Source: Bacteroidales bacterium (lineage in GTDB: Bacteria > Bacteroidota > Bacteroidia > Bacteroidales > UBA932). From it: a DNA stretch of 64,000 nt. The DNA is taken from contig JAGCVJ010000014.1 in assembly GCA_017962375.1 (NCBI GenBank), positions 42,790 to 106,789 of the forward strand, read 5' to 3'. Both the position numbers and the translations under genes were made by a program. Shown here piece by piece: positions 26,181 through 36,122 of the stretch. The notes under the pieces are model-generated. The model saw only the letters and a program-made list of their open reading frames with translations, made no database searches and had not been told where the DNA came from. Numbering within the stretch: the stretch's first letter is position 1; each line of letters opens with the position of its first letter.

Positions 26181-26193
26181 GCATTAACCGACG

Positions 26194-26230
26194 GGCTTGT
26201 CTGCAGCAAAACCTCAGGCAAGCCTTTTTT
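26194..26230 (+). terminator. Intrinsic terminator
   Basis: GGCTTGTCTG, a loop, then CAGGCAAGCC, followed by TTTTTT. Confidence 0.65.
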
Positions 26231-26242
26231 ATAAACTGAAAC

Positions 26243-26971
26243 ATGAAAACATACATTGCAGCCATTGTGATAATGGCTATTGCAGCCCTCGCCGGATGCA
26301 AGAACAACACCCAGACAAATCAGGAGAACCCTGAGCAGAAGCCTGAAACTGAAAACGTGGCCACCCAGGAACCTGAGGCTCAGGAAACACCTCTGATAGA
26401 CCACGCCCAGAACGTGCTCAAGCTCATAGACCGCAGTCTGATTCCTGAAAGAATCAACGATTCCATCTACATGGACGCTACTGTAACGGTCAGGCCTCTT
26501 GACGATGTATATGTATCTCCTTACAGCATAAGCGCCATGAACGGAGAAGGCGGCATCTACAACATTGTTTACGTAGACCTTCTGCCAAGAACTGCAAAGG
26601 ACTACTTTGTCCTGTTCTACACTGAAGCGGGAGTGGACGGTTCCGTTACAGATTTGGTAAAGACCTACATCTACAACCCGGAAGCAGGCACCCTGAATGA
26701 AATTCCTGTGGAAGAACAGTTTGCTCCTTTCAACGTAAACGAGATGTTTGAGGGCGTAACCGTTCCGGACGACCTGAAGCTGGACTACAAGGAGCTAGTG
26801 AAAAATTATGCAGGCAAGAAAGGATTCAAGGGATTTGACATCCGCCTTGCCGGCGAAAACAGAGACACTCTGGAAGTAAGGCCAAGCTCTATAGGCTTCG
26901 GCGAGTTCTGGGATTTGGTAAAGCCTGTGAAGTACGCCTTCAACGGAGAGGGCTTTGTCAAGGTCAAATAA
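26243..26971 (+). CDS. Lipoprotein, first copy of a tandem paralog pair
   Basis: ORF track, 242 aa. Lipobox LAGC. Shares LIPERI../GGIYNIVYV../YTEAGVDGSV with the next ORF. Confidence 0.75.
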   Translation: MKTYIAAIVIMAIAALAGCKNNTQTNQENPEQKPETENVATQEPEAQETPLIDHAQNVLKLIDRSLIPERINDSIYMDATVTVRPLDDVYVSPYSISAMNGEGGIYNIVYVDLLPRTAKDYFVLFYTEAGVDGSVTDLVKTYIYNPEAGTLNEIPVEEQFAPFNVNEMFEGVTVPDDLKLDYKELVKNYAGKKGFKGFDIRLAGENRDTLEVRPSSIGFGEFWDLVKPVKYAFNGEGFVKVK

Positions 26972-26993
26972 TCGCGATTAAAACTCAGCAATT

Positions 26994-27740
26994 ATGAAAA
27001 CACTGCAATTCACAGCCCTTTTGATCTGCATCGCGATTCTGGCCTCTTGTAGCAGCGGACCTAAGAACAGCTCCGTACCGGAGGAGGATATGGAGATAGT
27101 AAGCGATGAAGAAGCCCCTATGTTTGCTGCGGAGGAATCTGTTGCCGAAGAGCCTGCCATCAACGAAGACGTTGCCCAGAACGTGTTCCACCTTCTGGAA
27201 AGAAACCTCATTCCTAAGGAGATAACGGAAGAGGAGCTCAGAGAAGCTCTGGAGAGCCAGAGGGAATTTGACGAGTACACTTCTCCTCTGAAGCTGGACA
27301 TAACCCACTGCGACGGCGGGGTGTACAACATTGCTCACGTAAACTGCTACCCTATCCTCAACAAACCGGGCAGCTACTATGTCCTCTACCGCACAGAAGC
27401 CGGCGTAGACGGTGCCGTGCTGGACAACATCAAGACCTTCACCTACAAGAACGGCATGCTTCTGGACGAGCCAAACCCTTTCAAGGCTCCTAAGTTCGAC
27501 GAGTTCTTCGAGGGAGTTGAAATCCCTGCCGAACTCAAGGCTGAGGCCAACCAGATGAAGAAACAGTACGCCAGGAACAAGAATCCGTTCCAGGGCCTGG
27601 ACCTGAGGTTCGGCGCTCAAGATGACTGCGTGATTGAATTCCGTCCAAGCTACATAGGCTCAGACGAGCTATGGGACCTGGCCAATCCGGTCTCTTACGA
27701 ATTCAACGGCACCACTTTCGTGAAGATGCCACGCTACTAG
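26994..27740 (+). CDS. Lipoprotein, second copy of the tandem paralog pair
   Basis: ORF track, 248 aa. Lipobox LASC. GGVYNIAHV.., YRTEAGVDGAV. Confidence 0.75.
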   Translation: MKTLQFTALLICIAILASCSSGPKNSSVPEEDMEIVSDEEAPMFAAEESVAEEPAINEDVAQNVFHLLERNLIPKEITEEELREALESQREFDEYTSPLKLDITHCDGGVYNIAHVNCYPILNKPGSYYVLYRTEAGVDGAVLDNIKTFTYKNGMLLDEPNPFKAPKFDEFFEGVEIPAELKAEANQMKKQYARNKNPFQGLDLRFGAQDDCVIEFRPSYIGSDELWDLANPVSYEFNGTTFVKMPRY

Positions 27741-27742
27741 TT

Positions 27743-28360
27743 TCAGAGCTTAATCCTTCTAAGACGGGCGGCAAGAGTCTTTTCTTTGCCGTCCGTTATT
27801 GCATTCAGCAATGTATGGAATCTGTCGCTGTGGTTGGGATAGACCAGATGACAGAGCTCGTGGGCTATTACATAGTCCATGAGTTCTTCCGGAAGCCTTA
27901 CCAGGTTCATGTTGAGATTGATGTTCCGCTTGGTTGAGCAGCTGCCCCAGTTGGAGGAGTTGTTCTTTATTGCTATGCGGTTGTAGCGGAACGGGTCTTC
28001 AACGATATTTCCCCTGCTGTCCCGGATCTTGACTTTGTTGGTCATAAGCTCGTACATTTGCCGAGTTCTCTGGGGCAGGATCTTGTGGGCGAGCTTGTTT
28101 ATCTCGTATGAAGACAGGGCGCCTGATTCCCTCTGGGCTTTTGCCCTCTCAAGGATTTCCTTGCGCTTGGCGATGATGCTTCCCCCTACCGAGAACAGGA
28201 AGCGCTCCGCCTCCTGGTACGAGCCGAACAAAGGCAAGGTAACCTTAACCTGCCCCTGGGATGTCACAAACACCCTTATGCTGCGGCTCTGGGGATATTT
28301 GGTGTAGATCACATCCCCCAGGCCGTTGTCATACTTTACCGTTCTGGTCTGAAGCGTCAT
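27743..28360 (-). CDS. YgjP-like (DUF45/M48-type) metal-dependent hydrolase
   Basis: Track ORF reaches 28414; the ATG at 28360 (MTLQTRTVKYDN) is preferred. HELCHLVYPNHSDRF motif. Confidence 0.8.
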   Translation of the reverse strand: MTLQTRTVKYDNGLGDVIYTKYPQSRSIRVFVTSQGQVKVTLPLFGSYQEAERFLFSVGGSIIAKRKEILERAKAQRESGALSSYEINKLAHKILPQRTRQMYELMTNKVKIRDSRGNIVEDPFRYNRIAIKNNSSNWGSCSTKRNINLNMNLVRLPEELMDYVIAHELCHLVYPNHSDRFHTLLNAITDGKEKTLAARLRRIKL

Positions 28361-28439
28361 TTGCTGTCTTTTCTCGGTGCAAAAATATGAAATCACACTG
28401 TAAAATACCGGCAAGGCGTTGATTTCTCAAAAACTTTTA

Positions 28440-28447
28440 TATCTTTG
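28440..28447 (+). promoter_or_regulatory. TAnnTTTG -7 box (TATCTTTG) for rpsO
   Basis: Ends 54 nt upstream of the ATG at 28501. Confidence 0.5.
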
Positions 28448-28500
28448 CGTCCCCGATTGTCGAGGAACAAACAATTATTAACCACAAAAATCTTAAGCAA

Positions 28501-28776
28501 ATGGCTGAGTATTTGAATTCAGACAAGAAGCAAGAGATATTTGGCAAGTACGGAAAGTCTAATAAAGACACTGGATCTGCTGAAAGTCAGATTGCTTTAT
28601 TTTCCTACCGTATCGCTCACCTTACCGAGCATATGAAGAGGAATAAGAAGGACCACGCAACACAGCGCGCACTTCTTATGCTCGTTGGTAAGAGACGCCG
28701 CTTCCTGGATTATCTTAAGGAAGTTGACATCGAGAGATACAGGAACATCGTTAAGGAACTCAATCTGCGTAAGTAA
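28501..28776 (+). CDS. rpsO: 30S ribosomal protein S15
   Basis: ORF track, 91 aa. GSAESQIALFSYRIAHLTEHMKRNKKDH.. Confidence 0.97.
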   Translation: MAEYLNSDKKQEIFGKYGKSNKDTGSAESQIALFSYRIAHLTEHMKRNKKDHATQRALLMLVGKRRRFLDYLKEVDIERYRNIVKELNLRK

Positions 28777-28793
28777 TTACGAGAGTTTCTTCA

Positions 28794-28829
28794 AAATAAA
28801 AAGGCTGACCGTTTGGGCCAGCCTTTTTT
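28794..28829. terminator. Bidirectional hairpin terminator between rpsO (+) and pnuC (-)
   Basis: A-run, GGCTGACC, loop, GGCCAGCC, then TTTTTT. Confidence 0.65.
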
Positions 28830-28839
28830 GTTTCATCGC

Positions 28840-29625
28840 TTAAGCTTCAACCGGTTCGGGCTTTTCAGGGCGGCTGAGGCGGAGCCAGATGCGCAGGCCG
28901 TTGATAGAGTTGAGCAGGTAGAAGGAGTACTTGATAACCATCACGATGGTGTAGCTGTCGCTTCCGGCGCTCATCAGGCGGTTGGTCCAGAGCATAATCG
29001 AGAAGATGTTGACCAGGTTCCAAAGATACCACTGGTCCATATAGGCCCAGGACATAAGTATCTGGCCGATAAGGTTCAGCACCAGCACAAAGGCATCCAG
29101 AAAAAGCTTGGCCTTGTCTATCTCGGCAATTTTTCCAGCCTCCAGGAGCTTGAGGTCAACCCAGTAGAGTATGCCGTAGCAGAGAGCTGTGCCCAAGATT
29201 ATCGCGATGGCAACATAAATCCACTGCCTTCCGGTAAGTCTTCTTGCCTTGACCTTGGAGGTTTCCCCTTCTTCGGTCTTCTTGCCGGCGCCCCTCTTTC
29301 TCCACTGCCACCAGCCGATGAACTGCATAGGCAGGAAGTAGAAGGCGTGCTGGGCGAACTGGCCCATATTGCCGCTGTCATAGTTGGCGTAGGCACCAAT
29401 GCTCACGTCCAGCACCCCGAACAGGAAAGTCCAGATGTTGCCGTTGGCGCTGAGGACGGTGTTTACAACGCCCATTATAGCGCCAATAGTTACAACTATC
29501 TGCTTTACGGTAATGGCATCCTGGGCTCTGATCTTGAAGATGTTGACCACTACAACGGCGGTAATCATGCCCACCAGGATGAACATGTTGAACCAGAAGT
29601 TGAACTTCTTTTCGCTTATTCTCAT
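28840..29625 (-). CDS. pnuC: Nicotinamide riboside transporter PnuC family
   Basis: ORF track, 261 aa, multi-TM. FIGWWQWRK and WYLWNLVNIFSIMLW patterns. Preferred over the antisense ORF 28813..29709. Confidence 0.8.
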   Translation of the reverse strand: MRISEKKFNFWFNMFILVGMITAVVVVNIFKIRAQDAITVKQIVVTIGAIMGVVNTVLSANGNIWTFLFGVLDVSIGAYANYDSGNMGQFAQHAFYFLPMQFIGWWQWRKRGAGKKTEEGETSKVKARRLTGRQWIYVAIAIILGTALCYGILYWVDLKLLEAGKIAEIDKAKLFLDAFVLVLNLIGQILMSWAYMDQWYLWNLVNIFSIMLWTNRLMSAGSDSYTIVMVIKYSFYLLNSINGLRIWLRLSRPEKPEPVEA

Positions 29626-29694
29626 ACTCTTTCAAAAATGGTGGGGCGTGTCGTGCACACCCCACCAGTCTTAATCTTTCTACGACAAATCCTT

Positions 29695-31980
29695 TTATTC
29701 AGCGTTTGAAGGATTATCGTCGTGATGATTGTTCCTTGGACGGCTGTTTGGACGGTCGCCGCGGTTGTTATTCGGGCGGTTGCCGTTAGGACGGTTACCT
29801 GCCGGACGGTTGTTGCCTCCGGTTGGGCGAGGCCTTCTCTGAGGCTCTACATAGCCCTCAGGCTTAGGAAGAAGAGCCTTCATTGAAAGGCGCATCTTGC
29901 CGGTCTTCTCGTCAATCTCGAGGAGCTTCACGTCTACCTCGTCGCCCAGCTTGACAACATCCTCAACCTTGTTGGTCTTCTGCCAAGCCATCTCGGAGAT
30001 GTGGAGCAGGCCTTCCTTGCCAGGAAGAATCTCCACGAATGCTCCGAAATCCTGGATGGAAACAACCTTGCCGTGGTAAACCTCTCCGGCTTCCGGAACG
30101 GTGGTGATGTCCTTGATCCACTTGAGAGCCTTGTCCATAGACTCCTTATCTGTTCCGAAGATGTCAACAGCTCCGATGCTGGTGCCGTCGTCCTTCTTCT
30201 CCTCGGTGATGGTAACGGTGGTGCCGGTCTCCTTCTGGATCTTCTGGATAACCTCTCCGCCCTTGCCGATAACGGCGCCGATGAACTCGCCAGGGATTCT
30301 GATCTGCACGATACGCGGAGCATAAGGCTTGAGCTCAGGACGCGGAGCATCCAGAGTCTTCATCATCTCGCCCATAATGTGCTGGCGTGCCTGGTTGGCC
30401 TGTGCAAGAGCCTTGGCCATAATCTCTTCAGAAAGACCGTCGCACTTGATGTCCATCTGGGTGGCGGTGATGCCGTCTTTAGTTCCCGCAACCTTGAAGT
30501 CCATATCGCCGAGGTGATCCTCGTCGCCGAGAATATCGGAAAGGATGGCGAACTTGCCGTCCTGCTCAATGAGTCCCATTGCAACACCTGCCACAGGCTT
30601 CTTGATCTGGATACCTGCATCCATAAGAGCAAGGCAGCCGGCGCAAACGCTGGCCATGGAAGAAGAACCGTTGCTCTCCAGGATGTCTGAAACCACCCTG
30701 ATTGCATAAGGATTCTCTTCTCCGGTAGGGATCATTGGCTTGAGGGCTCTCATTGCAAGGTTGCCGTGTCCAACCTCTCTTCTGGAGGTTGCCCTGGCGG
30801 CTCTTGCCTCTCCGGTTGCGAACGGAGGGAAGTTATAGTGGAGAACGAATGGCTCGGTTCTCTCTATCAGCACCTCATCCATCTCCTTCATATCCAGCTT
30901 GGTGCCCAGGGTTACGGTTGCAAGGCTCTGGGTTTCGCCTCTGGTGAAGATGGCGCTTCCGTGAGCGCAAGGCAGATAGTCAACCTCGCACCAGATCGGG
31001 CGCACGTCGGTAGTTGCACGTCCGTCCAGGCGGCGGCCTTCGTTGAGTATGAGGTCTCTCATGGCCTTCTTTTCAACTGCGGCATAATAGCGGTTGACCA
31101 TTGCGGTCTTCTCCTCTCTTTCCTCTTCAGGGATGGTCTCCATGAACTCTTCCTTGAGAGCGTCGAAAGCGTCGGTTCTCTCCTGCTTAGGAAGAGCGCT
31201 CTTGGCTATCTGGTAGCAGCGGTCATAGCAGAACTTGGCACAGGCCTCGCGAATTGCCTCGTCGTTGACCTCGTGGCAGTATTCTCTCTTGACGCGCTTG
31301 CCAACTGCATCGGTGAGCTCCTCCAGAACGGCGCAGTGCTTTTTGATTTCCTGGTGAGCGAACATGATGGCTCCGAGCATCACTTCCTCGGAAACTTCCT
31401 TCATTTCGCCCTCAACCATCATGATGTTCTGGGCTGTGGCTCCGACCATCAGCTCCAGGTCTGCCCTCTCCAGATCCTTGAATCCTGGATTGATGCAGTA
31501 CTGGCCGTCTATCCTGGCTACTCTAACCTCGGATATAGGACCGTTGAAAGGTATGTCGGAAACAGCCAGCGCACTTGCTGCGGCAAGGCCTGCCAGAGCG
31601 TCAGGCTGAGTGTCCTTCTCTGCCGAAATAAGATTTACGGTAACAAATACGGCTGCGTGGAAATCTTCCGGGAACAAAGGCCTGAGAGCGCGGTCTATAA
31701 GCCTGGCTATCAGAATCTCGTAATCGCTTGCCTTTCCCTCTCTCTTCATGAATCCGCCAGGGAAACGTCCTGCGGAATAGAATTTCTCCTTGTAGTCTAC
31801 CTGGAGAGGAAGGAAGTCCACGTCCTCTTCTGCTTCTTTGGCGCATGTAACGGTGGCAAGAAGCATTGTGCCACCCATTTTCACTACGGCCGAGCCATCT
31901 GCCTGCTTAGCCAGTTTTCCAGTCTCAATTTCAATTGTACGTCCGTCTGCGAGCTGGATTGTTTTCTTGATAATATTCAT
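29695..31980 (-). CDS. pnp: Polyribonucleotide nucleotidyltransferase (PNPase) with an Arg/Asn/Pro-rich C-terminal tail
   Basis: ORF track, 761 aa. Two RNase PH domains, KH and S1 domains, then [39 protein letters not shown]. Confidence 0.97.
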   Translation of the reverse strand: MNIIKKTIQLADGRTIEIETGKLAKQADGSAVVKMGGTMLLATVTCAKEAEEDVDFLPLQVDYKEKFYSAGRFPGGFMKREGKASDYEILIARLIDRALRPLFPEDFHAAVFVTVNLISAEKDTQPDALAGLAAASALAVSDIPFNGPISEVRVARIDGQYCINPGFKDLERADLELMVGATAQNIMMVEGEMKEVSEEVMLGAIMFAHQEIKKHCAVLEELTDAVGKRVKREYCHEVNDEAIREACAKFCYDRCYQIAKSALPKQERTDAFDALKEEFMETIPEEEREEKTAMVNRYYAAVEKKAMRDLILNEGRRLDGRATTDVRPIWCEVDYLPCAHGSAIFTRGETQSLATVTLGTKLDMKEMDEVLIERTEPFVLHYNFPPFATGEARAARATSRREVGHGNLAMRALKPMIPTGEENPYAIRVVSDILESNGSSSMASVCAGCLALMDAGIQIKKPVAGVAMGLIEQDGKFAILSDILGDEDHLGDMDFKVAGTKDGITATQMDIKCDGLSEEIMAKALAQANQARQHIMGEMMKTLDAPRPELKPYAPRIVQIRIPGEFIGAVIGKGGEVIQKIQKETGTTVTITEEKKDDGTSIGAVDIFGTDKESMDKALKWIKDITTVPEAGEVYHGKVVSIQDFGAFVEILPGKEGLLHISEMAWQKTNKVEDVVKLGDEVDVKLLEIDEKTGKMRLSMKALLPKPEGYVEPQRRPRPTGGNNRPAGNRPNGNRPNNNRGDRPNSRPRNNHHDDNPSNAE

Positions 31981-32010
31981 AATGTCGTCTAAATAATCGC
32001 GATAAAGATG

Positions 32011-33291
32011 TTACCATATGTTAAGAGGACGGCCTACCATAAGCTGCTCTACCTGGTGGCGAACATCTTCCAGAACCTTCTCGTCTGTGAGGTTGTTCAG
32101 AACCTTGTCTATCAGAGCTACAACATGCTTGATGTCGTTCTCCTTGAGGCCTCTGGTGGTAACGGCAGGAGTGCCCACCCTTATACCTGATGTCTGGAAC
32201 GGAGAGCGGGTGTCGAACGGAACCATGTTCTTGTTCACGGTGATGTCTGCCTGAACCAGGGTGTTCTCCACTACCTTTCCGGTAAGATCAGGGAACTTGG
32301 TCCTCAGATCGATAAGCATCATGTGGTTGTCGGTTCCGCCGCTGACTACCTTGTAGCCTCTTGCCATGAACTCTTCTGCCATTACTACGGCGTTCTTGTG
32401 AACCTGCTCAACGTAGGTCTTGAACTCAGGCTGCAGAGCCTCGAAGAATGCAACAGCCTTTGCGGCGATGCAGTGCTCCAGCGGTCCGCCCTGGATGCCA
32501 GGGAATACGGAAGAGTTGAGGATGGCGCTCATCTTCTTGATTTCTCCCTTAGGAGTCTTCTGTCCCCAAGGGTTCTCGAAGTCCTTGCCCACGAGGATGA
32601 TTCCTCCGCGAGGTCCACGGAGAGTCTTGTGGGTTGTTGAGGTGACGATGTGAGCGTACTTTACAGGGTTCTTCAAAAGGCCCTTTGCAATGAGTCCTGC
32701 AGGGTGAGCCATGTCTACCCAGAGGATAGCTCCAACCTTGTCTGCAATTGCTCTCATCCTCTCCCAGTCCCACTCTCTGGAGTATGCGCTAGCGCCGCCG
32801 ATGATCAGTTTCGGCTTGTGCTCCAGAGCCTTCTTTTCCATATCGTCATAGTCTATCAGTCCGGTTTCCTTGTCCAGGCCGTAAGCCACAGCGTTGTACA
32901 TTTTTCCTGATACGTTTACAGGGGAGCCGTGAGTCAGGTGTCCGCCCATGTCCAGGTTCAGGCCCATGAAGGTGTCGCCAGGATTGATGCAGGCCATCAT
33001 TACGGCCATATTTGCCTGGGCTCCGGAGTGAGGCTGAACATTTGCGTATTCAGCGTCAAAGAGCTTGCAGATACGGTCGATTGCCACCTGCTCTATCTTG
33101 TCCACTTCCTGGCATCCGCCATAGTATCTGTGGCCAGGATATCCCTCGGCATATTTGTTAGTACATACGCTACCCAGGGCAGCGAGCACCTGGTCGCTTA
33201 CAAAGTTCTCAGAAGCAATCAATTCCACGCCTCTGGACTGACGATTTTCCTCTCTTTTTATGAGTTCGGATATTTCGAGATCTTGTTTCAT
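32011..33291 (-). CDS. glyA: Serine hydroxymethyltransferase
   Basis: ORF track, 426 aa. [15 protein letters not shown] (PLP lysine motif). Confidence 0.97.
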   Translation of the reverse strand: MKQDLEISELIKREENRQSRGVELIASENFVSDQVLAALGSVCTNKYAEGYPGHRYYGGCQEVDKIEQVAIDRICKLFDAEYANVQPHSGAQANMAVMMACINPGDTFMGLNLDMGGHLTHGSPVNVSGKMYNAVAYGLDKETGLIDYDDMEKKALEHKPKLIIGGASAYSREWDWERMRAIADKVGAILWVDMAHPAGLIAKGLLKNPVKYAHIVTSTTHKTLRGPRGGIILVGKDFENPWGQKTPKGEIKKMSAILNSSVFPGIQGGPLEHCIAAKAVAFFEALQPEFKTYVEQVHKNAVVMAEEFMARGYKVVSGGTDNHMMLIDLRTKFPDLTGKVVENTLVQADITVNKNMVPFDTRSPFQTSGIRVGTPAVTTRGLKENDIKHVVALIDKVLNNLTDEKVLEDVRHQVEQLMVGRPLNIW

Positions 33292-33338
33292 ATTGTTTAA
33301 ACTGTATTAATATTCAATTTTCTGTACGCACAGACGAG

Positions 33339-33346
33339 CAAATATA
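33339..33346 (-). promoter_or_regulatory. TAnnTTTG -7 box (TATATTTG) for glyA
   Basis: Minus strand GTTATATTTGCTCG, about 48 nt upstream of the ATG at 33291. Confidence 0.5.
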
Positions 33347-33378
33347 ACAAATTAATTACAAAATCGTTGAGGAAAAGG

Positions 33379-33419
33379 CAATAAAAGAAAGAGGAGACAA
33401 CCAAAATCAGGTCGTCTCC
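33379..33419 (-). terminator. Hairpin terminator after the FGE-like gene
   Basis: GGAGACAAC, loop, GTCGTCTCC. Followed on the minus strand by TCTTTCTTTTATT. Confidence 0.55.
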
Positions 33420-33443
33420 CCTTTTTGACAAGCAAAACTGTTT

Positions 33444-34280
33444 CTAGTCATTTTCTTCCGGTGCAGGAACATCGTGGCAAACTATGCGGAATCCGCGATA
33501 GCCTGCGCGCCTCTCAGGAGAGTTGTGTCCGCGGTAAGAAACGCGGCAGCGGGATGCAGGGTTGTGCCAGCTTCCGCCTCTGATTACACGCTCTTCTCCG
33601 GTCATAGGGCCTTCCGGATTGAAGGTCTCGTTTCTGTTGTAGGCTCCGTACCAGTCGTAGCACCATTCCCATACATTGCCGCTCATATCGTAGATATTCA
33701 GCTCGTTAGGCTCCAGCTGCCCTACAGGATGGCAGGATCCGCGGTCATACCAGGCAACCCTCTCAACCAGATTGCTGCCGGAGTATTTTGTGCGGGAGCG
33801 GGCGTCGCTCTTCAGGCCGCCTCTTGCTGCAAATTCCCACTCGGCTTCTGTAGGAAGAGAGTACTTCTTGCCGGTCTTCTTGCTCAGAAGGCGGCAGAAC
33901 TCCATAGCCTCTTCCCAGGTCACATAATACATAGGATAGTCAGGGCCTACGCCGTTCAGCTTGTCAAGAGTCAGTTTGGCATCTGCCTTCCTGCTCTGCT
34001 GCACAACGCTTGTCTCCATTACAGCCTCCCACTGGGACTGGGTGATCTCGAACTGGCCGATGAAGAAGTCTCCGACAGTTACCCTGTGGATAACCTCGTC
34101 CTTGTCAGCCTCTTTGCCTTGCTCGGAAGTTCCGCCCATCATGAACTCGCCGCCCTCGACATAGATCATGGAGATCTCAATTCCGTAAACGGACTCTTTG
34201 AAATTCTCTCTCAGCTTGCCCTGCGAGAAAGCAGGCACTGTCAACAGAATCGCCAGTAAAATACTTAGAATCTTTTTCAT
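33444..34280 (-). CDS. Secreted formylglycine-generating-enzyme-fold (SUMF1/EgtB/PvdO family) protein
   Basis: ORF track, 278 aa with a signal peptide. YYVTWEEAMEFC, PTEAEWEFAARGG, NVWEWCYDWY and RGGSWHN motifs. Confidence 0.85.
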   Translation of the reverse strand: MKKILSILLAILLTVPAFSQGKLRENFKESVYGIEISMIYVEGGEFMMGGTSEQGKEADKDEVIHRVTVGDFFIGQFEITQSQWEAVMETSVVQQSRKADAKLTLDKLNGVGPDYPMYYVTWEEAMEFCRLLSKKTGKKYSLPTEAEWEFAARGGLKSDARSRTKYSGSNLVERVAWYDRGSCHPVGQLEPNELNIYDMSGNVWEWCYDWYGAYNRNETFNPEGPMTGEERVIRGGSWHNPASRCRVSYRGHNSPERRAGYRGFRIVCHDVPAPEEND

Positions 34281-34376
34281 ATCAAGTTTGTTTTTTGTGT
34301 GATAAATTCGAGAGTTTTAGGTTTGTAAATATACTCATTCTGGCGGAATATTCCAATTTAATTCAAAACAACTTGC

Positions 34377-34384
34377 TATCTTTG
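34377..34384 (+). promoter_or_regulatory. TAnnTTTG -7 box (TATCTTTG)
   Basis: Ends 31 nt before the ATG at 34415. Confidence 0.45.
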
Positions 34385-34414
34385 ACAAGCAATAGAGCAA
34401 ATTCTTTTATCGCG

Positions 34415-34954
34415 ATGGGCAACAGGAAACTACTCAACAGCGAATTGGGCCGCGACTCCATAGAGCAGTTCAAGGAAAGGCGGAAACTGCCGGTTGCGGT
34501 TGTGCTGGACAATGTGCGCAGCCAGTTCAACATAGGAAGCGTGTTCCGCTCCAGCGACGCTTTTATCGCCGAGAAGGTTATTCTCTGCGGAATCAGCGCC
34601 ACTCCCCCTTCTGCCGAAATCCACAAGTCCGCCTTGGGAGCCGAGTTCTCCGTAGACTGGGAATACTTTGAAAACACGGAAGATGCCGTTGCCGCTTTAA
34701 AAGCCTGCGGCTACAGGATTGTCAGCATTGAGCAGACGGAGAATTCCGTTTCTCTGAGCGACTTCAAGACAGCGCCCGGAGAAAAATACGCTCTTGTTTT
34801 CGGCAACGAGGTGCACGGGGTGCAGCAGAGCGTGGTAGATCTCAGCGATGCCTCCATCGAGATTCCTCAGTTCGGCACCAAGCACTCCCTGAACGTTTCC
34901 GTCTGCATTGGAGTGGTGCTCTGGGAATTCCTCCGCAAGCTGGGAAAAGTCTGA
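34415..34954 (+). CDS. TrmH/SpoU family RNA 2-prime-O-methyltransferase
   Basis: Track ORF starts at 34295; the ATG at 34415 (MGNRKLL..) is preferred because it follows the promoter box. NIGSVFRSSDAF and FGNEVHGV motifs. Confidence 0.8.
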   Translation: MGNRKLLNSELGRDSIEQFKERRKLPVAVVLDNVRSQFNIGSVFRSSDAFIAEKVILCGISATPPSAEIHKSALGAEFSVDWEYFENTEDAVAALKACGYRIVSIEQTENSVSLSDFKTAPGEKYALVFGNEVHGVQQSVVDLSDASIEIPQFGTKHSLNVSVCIGVVLWEFLRKLGKV

Positions 34955-34983
34955 CAATATTTCCTGTTGAATTTCTATTTTGT

Positions 34984-34991
34984 TATATTTG
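34984..34991 (+). promoter_or_regulatory. TAnnTTTG -7 box (TATATTTG)
   Basis: Ends 51 nt before the ATG at 35042. Confidence 0.45.
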
Positions 34992-35041
34992 TATTTGCGC
35001 AAGTTTCCAAGGATAATAACAACTTAAAAATACTACATACT

Positions 35042-35920
35042 ATGAGAATGCAAGGAAGAAGAACCAGCTCCAATGTGGATGACCGCAGAGGAATGTCTGG
35101 TGGAGCCGCTGCCGGACTTGGCATCGGCGGAATAATCATTGCCGGTCTTGTTATGCTTCTGCTTAACGGCGGCAAGCTCGACCTCGGATCTCTGGGTTCA
35201 ATCATTGAACAGACAGGAGGCATGGGCGGAACTCAGACTACCCAAGAGTATCAGCCAACCGCAGAGGAAGAGGCTTTGGCAGAGTTTTCAAAGCAGATTC
35301 TGGCATCTACCGAGGATGTCTGGACTAAGGTTTTCAGAGAGCAAGTGGGAAGAGAGTACGAACCGCCTAAGATGGTTCTTTTCACCAATGCAGTCCAGAC
35401 CGGATGCGGCGGAGCTACCGCTTCAGTAGGCCCATTCTACTGCTCTGCAGACAAATCGCTTTATATAGACCTGTCTTTCTTCTCCCAGATGAAGCAGCAG
35501 CTGGGCGCAGACGGTGAGTTCGCATACGCATATGTAATAGCCCACGAGGTTGGCCACCACGTAGAGAACCTCCTGGGAACCCTCGGGCAGGTACACCAGA
35601 AGATGCAGACCTCAGACCAGACAACCGCCAACAACTGGAGCGTAAGGCTTGAGCTTCAGGCAGACTTCCTGGCAGGCGTATGGGGCTATCACGAGAACAA
35701 GATGTTCAACTCCATCGACCAGCAGGATATCATGAACGCCATCAACTGCTCAAAGGTTATCGGCGACGACTATCTCCAGAAGAAGTCTCAGGGCTACACC
35801 GTTCCTGACGCCTTCACTCACGGAACCAGCGCCCAGAGAGAGAAGTGGCTCAAACGCGGCCTGCAGACCGGCGACCTCCGCTACGGCGACACCTACAACA
35901 TCCCTTACAGCCAGCTGTAG
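35042..35920 (+). CDS. YpfJ-like neutral zinc metallopeptidase
   Basis: Track ORF starts at 34967; the ATG at 35042 (MRMQGRRTSSNVDDRRG) is preferred. One TM helix. AHEVGHHVENLLG motif. Confidence 0.85.
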   Translation: MRMQGRRTSSNVDDRRGMSGGAAAGLGIGGIIIAGLVMLLLNGGKLDLGSLGSIIEQTGGMGGTQTTQEYQPTAEEEALAEFSKQILASTEDVWTKVFREQVGREYEPPKMVLFTNAVQTGCGGATASVGPFYCSADKSLYIDLSFFSQMKQQLGADGEFAYAYVIAHEVGHHVENLLGTLGQVHQKMQTSDQTTANNWSVRLELQADFLAGVWGYHENKMFNSIDQQDIMNAINCSKVIGDDYLQKKSQGYTVPDAFTHGTSAQREKWLKRGLQTGDLRYGDTYNIPYSQL

Positions 35921-35970
35921 GGCGATTCGGCGATGGTGCTTTGCAAATAGCTGAAAATCAGCACTCCCCT

Positions 35971-36007
35971 AATATTACCCCTCAAAAAGCGAGGGGTAAT
36001 ATTTTGT
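35971..36007 (+). terminator. Strong intrinsic terminator
   Basis: AATATTACCCCTC, a 7-nt loop, then GAGGGGTAATATT, followed by TTG. Confidence 0.8.
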
Positions 36008-36122
36008 TATGCCTGACTGTCAATAAGTTACAAGACACCATCGTCGGGTCTTCCTCGGCAAGGTATTTGAGAGGTAATAACTAAGACGATTATAGATAAA
36101 TAACAGAATAATCAATAAGATT

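Noticed and set aside
28813-29709. 298-aa plus-strand ORF overlapping pnuC
   Set aside because: The minus-strand product has the PnuC membrane topology and its Trp-rich motifs. The plus-strand product is not membrane-like and has no motifs.
30766-31992. 408-aa plus-strand ORF opposite pnp, together with similar shadows 33474..34259, 46806..47789, 54845..55708, 56968..57696 and 58989..59525
   Set aside because: All are antisense to confidently identified housekeeping genes. This is typical of open antisense frames in moderately GC-rich coding DNA.
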